Source of the DNA: Deltaproteobacteria bacterium
GTDB lineage: Bacteria; Myxococcota; Kuafuiibacteriia; Kuafuiibacteriales; Kuafuiibacteriaceae
DNA: 64,000 bases
Assembly (NCBI GenBank): GCA_040218735.1
Contig: JAVJQW010000038.1
Location: 192,001 to 256,000, forward strand
Reading direction: 5' to 3'
A program made the translations under genes and the position numbers. The notes under the pieces were generated by a model, which was not told the DNA's origin, ran no database searches, and saw only the letters and a list, made by a program, of their open reading frames with translations. Below are positions 48,617 through 55,511 of the stretch, in pieces (the stretch's first letter is position 1; every line of letters starts with the position of its first letter).

Positions 48617-48739
48617 GGCCGAGTCCTTGGTTGGGTTCACACCCTTTGAGCAGCGCAACGGACGCGCCAAGGCCCGCAGACGGTCCTTGTCACGCCCCCT
48701 GCGCTGAAGGGGGGCATGAACCCAACCAAGAACTCGACC
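48617..48739. repeat. 21/24-bp inverted repeat (48617-48640 / 48716-48739) equal to the first 8 codons of gene 2
   Basis: ATGAACCCAACCAAGAACTCGACC (+) versus GTGAACCCAACCAAGGACTCGGCC (-); 75-bp spacer. Confidence 0.95.
48655..48669 (-). promoter_or_regulatory. sigma54 (-24/-12) promoter pointing away from gene 2
   Basis: Minus strand TGGCGCG-TCCG-TTGC; 14 nt before the duplicated GTG. Confidence 0.7.
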
Positions 48740-49063
48740 TACCGCTTCGTGGCGCTCGACGTGGCGCTGGAGATGATTCGTCAGCTCCGAGAGCCGCTTG
48801 CGAAGATTCGAAAGCACGATGCGGATTTGGCGAAGCAGATTCGGAAGGCGGCGGCGTCGGTGCCGTTGAACGTCGCGGAGGGGAGCCGGCGCGCGGGGGG
48901 CGATAGAGCGTATGCGTTCCGAGTTGCGCTCGGGAGCGCCGACGAAGTGCGCGCGGCGTTGCTGTGCGCGGATGCGTGGGGGTACGCGGAGGTGGACGAG
49001 GAGCTACTGGCGACGCTGGATCGCTTGATGGGGCTCATCTGGGGGCTCGGCGGTAGGCGGTAG
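48716..49063 (+). CDS. four helix bundle protein (23S rRNA IVP / Avd-like family), paralog of 47961-48314
   Basis: LAKQIRKAAASVPLNVAEG.RR...FRVALGSADEVRAALLCADAWGY; 115 aa. Confidence 0.9.
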   Translation: MNPTKNSTYRFVALDVALEMIRQLREPLAKIRKHDADLAKQIRKAAASVPLNVAEGSRRAGGDRAYAFRVALGSADEVRAALLCADAWGYAEVDEELLATLDRLMGLIWGLGGRR

Positions 49064-49065
49064 AG

Positions 49066-49107
49066 GAGGAGGCTCGGCGCCGTCGCGAGGCGGCGCCGAG
49101 CCTCTTC
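49066..49107 (+). terminator. GC-rich hairpin with GCGA tetraloop downstream of four-helix-bundle gene 2
   Basis: GAGGAGGCTCGGCGCCGTC-GCGA-GGCGGCGCCGAGCCTCTTC, 19 bp with two G-U. Confidence 0.75.
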
Positions 49108-49117
49108 GATCGCGACT

Positions 49118-49299
49118 CGGAAACGGAGACGGACTCGGATTCGGACTCGGACTCGGACTCGGACTCGGATTCGGATTCGGACTCGGATTCGGACTCGGAT
49201 TCGGATTCGGAATCGGACGCGGAATCGGAATCGGAATCGGAATCGGAATCGGAATCGGAATCGGATTCGGTAACGGATTCGGACTTGGTGTCCGAATCC
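49118..49299. repeat. degenerate hexamer tandem array (CGGACT/CGGATT/CGGAAT)n, about 28 units, ending in a hairpin
   Basis: Read directly; terminal GGATTCGGAC-TTGGT-GTCCGAATCC (49275-49299) is a perfect 10-bp stem. Confidence 0.97.
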
Positions 49300-49962
49300 C
49301 TACGAATCGATCTCCTCGCGCGCCCGCGCATCCAACAACGCGTTCAACCCCCGCGAGATCTGCTGCGGCTCGTACGTCCCCCGCGGCACGCACCGCCGAT
49401 ACACGTCACCGTTCGTCGCCGCCGTCACGGCGTCGCGGATCTCGTCGAGGGGCTCGACCACCAGCGAGTCCAGTCGTCGGGAGAAGAACACGAACACCAC
49501 GAACGCGATCAGGCCGACGGCGGCGGCGGACCAGGCGCCGGCGAGGCCGAGGCGTTGGGCTTCGGTGTCCTGTTCGCGCATGGAGCGGCGGTTGATGCCG
49601 GAGAGGGCGACGATGGCGTCGACGACGCGGCCGCGGACGGCGCGGTCGTTGGGGCGCTCGAACATCGTCTTGGCGTCGCGTTCGATCGCTTCGAGGTAGG
49701 GGCGCTCCTCCTCCTCCGTGACGTTGTTCTTGGCGCGCTCGAGCGCGCCGTCGAACTGCGTACGCCCCTCCTTGTCGAACGACTCCGTCGCGATCACCGT
49801 CAGCATCTCCTCCGCCGCGCGGATGCTGTACTCGTTCTCCGCGAGGATGCGCTCGATCGCCGGGGACATGCGGGCGAGGAGGGCGATGCCCGTGAAGACG
49901 CCCGCGAGCTGGAACACGAAGAGCGTCCCGACCGCCGCGCGGATCTCGCGGCGGACCGTCAT
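49300..49962 (-). CDS. two-TM sensor-like protein with periplasmic helical domain and HAMP, no kinase domain
   Basis: TM, then ILAENEYSIRAAEEM...NNVTEEEE, TM, HAMP (EPLDEI...GD...E...I....N.LL); coupled to trkA. Confidence 0.75.
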   Translation of the reverse strand: MTVRREIRAAVGTLFVFQLAGVFTGIALLARMSPAIERILAENEYSIRAAEEMLTVIATESFDKEGRTQFDGALERAKNNVTEEEERPYLEAIERDAKTMFERPNDRAVRGRVVDAIVALSGINRRSMREQDTEAQRLGLAGAWSAAAVGLIAFVVFVFFSRRLDSLVVEPLDEIRDAVTAATNGDVYRRCVPRGTYEPQQISRGLNALLDARAREEIDS

Positions 49963-50627
49963 GACAGCTTGCTCGCGAGGTCGGTCGCGTCGTTCGCGGC
50001 GGTCGCGACGACCAGCACGTCGGACGAGGACAGCGGGGTGTTCGCGTCCGGCAGGACGGCTTGCACCGCTCCGTCGATCTTGCGGCGCACCGCCACCACC
50101 GTCACGCCGAGCTTCGCGGGCAGGTTCGCCTCGCGCAGCGACTTGCCGGCGAGGGAGTCGGGGACCTGGAGCTCCGTGATGACCAGGTTCCCGCCGAGCG
50201 GGATCTGGTCCACGACGTTCGAGTGCGCGAGCCGCGCCGCGAGCCGCTCGCCGAAGGCGCGCTCCGGGTTCACGACCTCGTGCGCGCCGACGAGGCGGAG
50301 GATGCGTTCGTGGATGGTGTCGTTGGCGCGGGCGACGATCCGCTTCGCGCCCATCTGCCGAAGGAGGGCCGTCACTACGATCGAGCCGTCGCGTGACTCG
50401 TCGCCGATCGCCACGACGCACAGGTCGCGCTCCGCGGGCTGCGTGCGGGCGAGGGCGGCCTCGTCGGCTGCGTCGAAGGCGACGGCCTCCGCGGCCCACG
50501 TCGAGGCTTGCTGCACGAGCCGGTCGTCCTGGTCGACGACCATCACCTCGACGCCGTGCTGCGCGAGCGCCCGTGCGGTCGACATGCCGAACTGGCCGAG
50601 ACCCAGGATGAGTGCCTGTGTCTTCAC
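49959..50627 (-). CDS. ktrA: TrkA/KtrA potassium uptake regulatory subunit
   Basis: GLGQFG Rossmann motif, VVAIG, VGAHEVVNPE, C-terminal RCK_C. Confidence 0.9.
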   Translation of the reverse strand: MKTQALILGLGQFGMSTARALAQHGVEVMVVDQDDRLVQQASTWAAEAVAFDAADEAALARTQPAERDLCVVAIGDESRDGSIVVTALLRQMGAKRIVARANDTIHERILRLVGAHEVVNPERAFGERLAARLAHSNVVDQIPLGGNLVITELQVPDSLAGKSLREANLPAKLGVTVVAVRRKIDGAVQAVLPDANTPLSSSDVLVVATAANDATDLASKLS

Positions 50628-50661
50628 GTCGCCTGCTTTGTCGTCCGACGCGCCGGTCAGG

Positions 50662-52608
50662 TCAACCGACGGGGACGTCCTCCTCGGGCAGCCGCCACCC
50701 CGAGTCGGGCGCCTGGTCCGCGAGCCAGAGGAACGCGGTGAGCGGTCCGATGCGGCCGACGAACATACACGCGCCGATGATCACCTTGCCGACCGCGTCG
50801 AGTTTGCCGGTGGCGCCCGTCGACAGGCCGACCGTGCCCAACGCGGAGAACGACTCGAACCACAGGTCCGCGACCGGGATGTCCTGCGTGAGCGTCAACG
50901 CGATCACCGCGCCCACACTGGACGCGACGCCCAGCGACATGACCGCCGCCGCCCGGTAAACCGTGATGTGCGCGAGGCGACGGCCGCCGACCTCCGCTTT
51001 GGCCACGCCGCGCAACGCCGCGAGCACCGCGAGCGTCAGCACCGCGATGGTCGTGGTCTTGATGCCCCCCGCCGTGGAGCCCGGGCTCCCGCCGATCAAC
51101 ATCAACACGATCATGATTGCGTGCGTCGCGGGCGCGAGGTGCGCGAAGTCGACCGAGTTGAAGCCCGCGGTGCGAAGCGTGACCGACTGGAACCACGCGT
51201 TGTGGAGCCGGTCGACGACGTCGAGGTTCAGGAGCGCACCGTTCCATTCGATCGCGCCGATCAAGAGCGCCGGGACGACGGTCAGCAGCGCGCTCGTCAC
51301 GAGGACGAGGCGCGCCTGGAGCGACACCCGCTCGCGTCGCACGAACCGCGGGAGCATCACGACCGTGGCCGGCCCAAGGCCGCCGATGATGATCGTGAGT
51401 GCGATGACGTGCAGGACGAACGGGTCCGTTTGGTAGGGCACCAGGCTGTCCGACTGCAGCGCGAAGCCGGCGTTGCAGAACGCCGACACCGCGGTGAACA
51501 GCCCGCGCCATATCGCGGTGGGGAGCGCGTCGCCGGCGAAGTAGAACCGCGTGGCCAGCAGCAGCGCGCTGACCCCCTCCGTGGCGCCGGTGACGGTGAG
51601 GATCATCCGGACCGCCCTGCGAATCGAGGGGCCGCCCTCGGTGCCGAGGACACCGGCCGCGGCGCGCTCGTAGGTGAAGCTCACGCGACGGTCGAGGACG
51701 AACAGCACCGCGACCGACAACGCCATGATGCCGAGCCCGCCGACCTGGATCAGCGCGAGGATCGTGGCTTGCCCGGCGAAGGTGAAGGCGGTCGGCGTGT
51801 CGACGACGATCAATCCCGTCACACACACCGCGCTGATCGCGGTGAACGTCGCGTCCAATCCGGACAGCACCGGTCCCGCCGACGCGTACGGGCTCGACAG
51901 CGCGACGGCGCCGATGACGGCGAGCAACGAGAACGTCGCGACGACGAAGCGGCCGGGGCGGCGCAGGAGGAAGTCGAGGTCGCGCGCCACCATCGCGGGG
52001 GCTGCGACGACGAGCAACGCGACGCCCGCGAGGACGGGGCCCACCGCGACCAACACGCCGAACGGGTCGTAGAAGAGGACCGTGATGACACCGCCCGCGA
52101 CGATCGCGCCCGCGACTCGGTTCATTCCGCCCAGCGCGTTGCGTGCGTAGCGCGCGGCGAACACGAGCGCGGCCAGCGACGCGACGATCAGCGACGCGTC
52201 GCTGATGCCGTCCGCTGGTCCGCGGAGGCCGCCGAAGTACCCGGCGAAAGCGCAGACGATCAACGCATCGCGCGCGTCCTTACGTTCCGTCATCGCCGCG
52301 AGTGACACGCGGCGGACGAACATGCGCGCGAGGGTGGTGCTCACGACGAGGCCGAGCACGAGGGCGCGCGCGGGGGCGTCGACGAGGAGCGGTCCGCTGA
52401 CGAGGACGAACGCGACGGCCGCGACGAGGATCAGCACGCGAGCCAACGCTTCCATGCGTGGCATCACGAACCCGGCGGTCACCGCGGCGACCGCGCCGGC
52501 GCCGAGGACGATCGCGAGCGCAGGATCGACCAGCGAGATGGACGTCTGCGTGGCGGCGCCGAAGAGCGGCACCGCGCACAGGCCGAGGACGACGAAGGTG
52601 CCGCGCAC
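50662..52608 (-). CDS. ktrB: TrkH/KtrB potassium uptake membrane subunit with N-terminal TM extension
   Basis: SAVCVTGL, SAFCNAGF, RTAGF, GGSPGSTAGGIK, SALGTVGLS, GRIGPLT. Confidence 0.93.
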   Translation of the reverse strand: MRGTFVVLGLCAVPLFGAATQTSISLVDPALAIVLGAGAVAAVTAGFVMPRMEALARVLILVAAVAFVLVSGPLLVDAPARALVLGLVVSTTLARMFVRRVSLAAMTERKDARDALIVCAFAGYFGGLRGPADGISDASLIVASLAALVFAARYARNALGGMNRVAGAIVAGGVITVLFYDPFGVLVAVGPVLAGVALLVVAAPAMVARDLDFLLRRPGRFVVATFSLLAVIGAVALSSPYASAGPVLSGLDATFTAISAVCVTGLIVVDTPTAFTFAGQATILALIQVGGLGIMALSVAVLFVLDRRVSFTYERAAAGVLGTEGGPSIRRAVRMILTVTGATEGVSALLLATRFYFAGDALPTAIWRGLFTAVSAFCNAGFALQSDSLVPYQTDPFVLHVIALTIIIGGLGPATVVMLPRFVRRERVSLQARLVLVTSALLTVVPALLIGAIEWNGALLNLDVVDRLHNAWFQSVTLRTAGFNSVDFAHLAPATHAIMIVLMLIGGSPGSTAGGIKTTTIAVLTLAVLAALRGVAKAEVGGRRLAHITVYRAAAVMSLGVASSVGAVIALTLTQDIPVADLWFESFSALGTVGLSTGATGKLDAVGKVIIGACMFVGRIGPLTAFLWLADQAPDSGWRLPEEDVPVG

Positions 52609-52609
52609 G

Positions 52610-53314
52610 TCAGGTCGCGAGGACTTTGCGCTCGCCGGACGCTCGGCCCGGGACGCGCAGCACGTACTCGCCGGGCACCAGGAACACGACGGAGCGCCGC
52701 GCGGCGTCCTCCTCGTCCTTCACGAGCATCGGCGCGCCGATACGGCTGTCGATCTCGGGAGGCGGGAGCGAGCGTCCGCGTTCGTCGGTCGCGGTGAGCG
52801 AGAGGACCTCGCCGATGTTCACCGTGACCTTGCCGCTCTTGTCGTGGCCTTCGATCTCGATGATCGACTTACCCATCGCGCGGAGCGCGTGGACGGAGAG
52901 GCCGGACGTCGGCTCGTAGGATCGGAACCCGTCGCTCTCGAGCTCCGGGATGCGGTCGCGCACGCGGACGGCGCGCTCGAGCACGCCGAGGCCCTCGTCG
53001 ATGCCGTTGCGGACCTCTTGCGTCAGCTCTTCGAGGAGCTCGTCGCGCGCGCGGCGGATGTCGTCGCTCGTCAGCTCGCCGTTGACCTTCTCGGAGAACC
53101 GCAGCGCGATGGCGACGCCGAGCTCGCGGAGCGGGGAGGGGCTCTTGGCGAGGAGCGTCTCGAAGTTCGCGACGTCGAACGACAGCCAGTACTCGGCGTT
53201 GGAGAGCATCTTCTTCAGCGTGTCGTTCACCGCGTTGGTCGCGGACAGATCGATCCCGCCGACGAGCTCTTGCATCACGGGGTGGCTGCGTCTGGACTCC
53301 ACGGCAGACGTCAC
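52610..53314 (-). CDS. hypothetical protein
   Basis: GTGA overlap with upstream stop; codon bias consistent. Confidence 0.7.
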   Translation of the reverse strand: MTSAVESRRSHPVMQELVGGIDLSATNAVNDTLKKMLSNAEYWLSFDVANFETLLAKSPSPLRELGVAIALRFSEKVNGELTSDDIRRARDELLEELTQEVRNGIDEGLGVLERAVRVRDRIPELESDGFRSYEPTSGLSVHALRAMGKSIIEIEGHDKSGKVTVNIGEVLSLTATDERGRSLPPPEIDSRIGAPMLVKDEEDAARRSVVFLVPGEYVLRVPGRASGERKVLAT

Positions 53315-53871
53315 TGGCCCAGGATGTTCACGTCGATGAGTAGCCGGATCGTAGTGCGGATGGTGATCGCGACCCCGCGCGGCTCGGCGAGGTTCACGGT
53401 GGCGCTCACCGTCATCGCCTCGGCGGTCGCGTAGGGTTTGAGGTTGAAGTCCGTCGGGACCTCCAGCTCCGTCGAGCTCGTCATCGGGACGGGGAGCGGG
53501 AGCTCCGCGAGCATCGCCTCGGGTTGACCCGTCGCGGTGACCTTCATCGTCATGCTCTCGACGTAGAGGTTGAGCTCCTCGAGGCGGGCGTCGCCGCTCT
53601 GGTGCTCGACCTCCAGGGTCACGGACTTCACGTAGATCGCGTCGACGTCGTCGGGCGAGATCCCCTCGTCGGCGAAGGTCCCCGACCGTGACAGGTCGAT
53701 GTTCGAGAAGCCGGCGCCGAACGACGGCGCGTAGGGCCCGGTGATGCCGGTGTCCGAGCGGGGGATCGAGGCTTCCTCGACGATCACCTCTTCGAACTCG
53801 TCCAGCCCGCCGCACGCCGCGAGCGTGAGCGCCGCGCTGGCCAGTAGGTGTCTTCGAAGCACGGCCCGCAT
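53311..53871 (-). CDS. hypothetical lipoprotein
   Basis: Lipobox LAAC; beta-rich. Confidence 0.75.
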   Translation of the reverse strand: MRAVLRRHLLASAALTLAACGGLDEFEEVIVEEASIPRSDTGITGPYAPSFGAGFSNIDLSRSGTFADEGISPDDVDAIYVKSVTLEVEHQSGDARLEELNLYVESMTMKVTATGQPEAMLAELPLPVPMTSSTELEVPTDFNLKPYATAEAMTVSATVNLAEPRGVAITIRTTIRLLIDVNILGQ

Positions 53872-53920
53872 CCTACCCGGGAGTGTTGGCCCCGTGCTAC
53901 ATGATCGCGCTGAACGCCCG

Positions 53921-55507
53921 ATGATCTTCCACTGTCCCGCCTGCTCGGCCGGGCACACGGTGCCGGTCTCGATGATCCCGAACGGCGGGATGGACATGAC
54001 CTGCCGCCGCTGCTCCGCGTCGTTCCTGGTCGACGTCGACGAGCCCGCGGTCGTCGAGGAGGAGGATCCGACGGTCGCCGCCAAGGCCGAAGCGACCGCG
54101 ATCGGGGTCGCGAACCCCTACGACGAGCTCGTCCCCGACGCCCAGCTGATCCGCCCCGGCGGCGAGCTGCTCGACCTGGACGACTCCTCCGACGACACCG
54201 AGGCCCTCGTCGCGGCCGAAGACCGCGCCCGCTCCGCCGACAAACCGACGATCCCGATCGACCACAAGCGTGTTCCGCTGGGCCCGGACGAGGTGGGCGT
54301 CGACCCGGAGATCGACAACACCCAGCGCTTCGACGTCGAGGAGGAGGACGTTCCGACCTACGAGCCGGACGTCATCGGGATGCAGGACATCGATGGCGGC
54401 GGCCTCGGCACCTCACGTCCCCCGAGCCGCCGCGCGCCGACCCCGGAGCCGCGCAAGCTGGGCGGCAGCAAACCGCCGCCCTCGTCGTCGACGACCCGGC
54501 CTCCGTTCGACCGTGACGATCTCTACGCCAAGGTCGCCTCCGGCCGCTACGAAAAGCCCGAAGCCCCACCGGAGCCGGCCTCCAACGTCCCGCGCGAACG
54601 CGCTTGGAACGAACCCTCGTCGCTGATCTTCACCGGCGCCGGATCCGACTCCGCGCTGCGACGCTTCGCCGAGTGGCTCAACCGCGCCCCGTTGCCGCTG
54701 AAGGTCGCGTTGATCGTGTTCCCGGTGACGCTGGGCCTGACGCTGGTGCTCACGGCGGGGCCGAAGCGGGGGGAGCCGGTGGACGTGGGGGCCGTGGGTT
54801 CAGTGGATTCTACTCAAACGAGCCCCAGCGAGGTTCCCGGTCCGGGTCCCGGTCCGGGTCCCGAAGCGGGCACGGGTTCGGGATCGGGCAAGGGCTCGGG
54901 CTCGGACTCGGACACGGGATCGGATTCGGACTCGGATTCGGACACGGGATCGGATTCGGGATCGGATTCGGACTCGGACTCCGGGTCGGATTCGGACACC
55001 GACGCGGACGCCGTCGCTCGTTCGCGTTCGGGACCCGGACCGGAACCGGGACCCGGACCGGGTGCCCTGCGCTTCCGCGACCCCACGGCGGCTGAGGGCC
55101 AAGCCTACATCCAAGCCCCCAACACCCGCCTCCGCGCCACCGCGGCGCCGCGCGGTCGCACCGTCGCGCGGCTCGGCGCCGGACAGCTGGTCCAGCGCTA
55201 CGATCGGCGCGGCGAGTTTGCGTTGGTGTTGGTCGCGCCGGACGGTCCGGTCGGGTTCGTCGACGAGGGGCGCCTCGGGGCGCGAAAGCCGGTCGTGGCG
55301 CTCGCCGAGGACATCGCGTTCGAGGGGTGCTCTTCGACCGGGAGCACGCTGGACGCATGCCTGTTCGCGGCGAAGCAGAAGGAGGGCGCGTGCGTCGACG
55401 GCTGTGGTGCCGACGGTGCGCGCTGTCGCGAAGCCTGTCAGATCGCGTTCGAGCGCTGCACGCGCCAGTGCCAGCCGCCGAAGCGTCGGCGGCGTCGGCG
55501 GCGTTGA
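53921..55507 (+). CDS. MJ0042-type zinc-ribbon membrane protein with SD-repeat linker, SH3-like and Cys-rich C-terminal domains
   Basis: CPAC...CRRC...F at N-terminus; acidic linker; TM; RLRATA...VARL..G; CxxxC repeats. Confidence 0.8.
   Translation: MIFHCPACSAGHTVPVSMIPNGGMDMTCRRCSASFLVDVDEPAVVEEEDPTVAAKAEATAIGVANPYDELVPDAQLIRPGGELLDLDDSSDDTEALVAAEDRARSADKPTIPIDHKRVPLGPDEVGVDPEIDNTQRFDVEEEDVPTYEPDVIGMQDIDGGGLGTSRPPSRRAPTPEPRKLGGSKPPPSSSTTRPPFDRDDLYAKVASGRYEKPEAPPEPASNVPRERAWNEPSSLIFTGAGSDSALRRFAEWLNRAPLPLKVALIVFPVTLGLTLVLTAGPKRGEPVDVGAVGSVDSTQTSPSEVPGPGPGPGPEAGTGSGSGKGSGSDSDTGSDSDSDSDTGSDSGSDSDSDSGSDSDTDADAVARSRSGPGPEPGPGPGALRFRDPTAAEGQAYIQAPNTRLRATAAPRGRTVARLGAGQLVQRYDRRGEFALVLVAPDGPVGFVDEGRLGARKPVVALAEDIAFEGCSSTGSTLDACLFAAKQKEGACVDGCGADGARCREACQIAFERCTRQCQPPKRRRRRRR
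54836..55062. repeat. in-frame (CGGATT/CGGACT/CGGACA)n array bracketed by roughly 30-36 bp inverted repeats
   Basis: 54836-54865 is the reverse complement of 55027-55062 apart from one 6-nt unit. Confidence 0.9.
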
Positions 55508-55511
55508 GGCT

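Noticed and set aside
48380-48817. 145-aa minus-strand ORF across the cassette spacer
   Set aside because: Atypical composition, overlaps gene 2 antisense; better explained as regulatory sequence, though a short peptide from the GTG at 48640 cannot be excluded.
47961-49063. A complete diversity-generating retroelement
   Set aside because: No reverse transcriptase and no roughly 100-bp TR/VR pair in the window; only the Avd-like family link.
47961-49063. 23S rRNA intervening sequence or IS element
   Set aside because: No rRNA sequence flanks the genes; no transposase motifs, terminal inverted repeats or target duplication seen.
47663-49299. Tandem arrays as CRISPR arrays
   Set aside because: Six-base units with no unique spacers and no cas genes in the window.
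47458-49393. Low-complexity ORFs (MSESES..., MRTRIRIR..., PNPIPIP..., SDSESES...)
   Set aside because: By-products of stop-free hexamer repeats; they overlap better-supported genes and lack credible starts.
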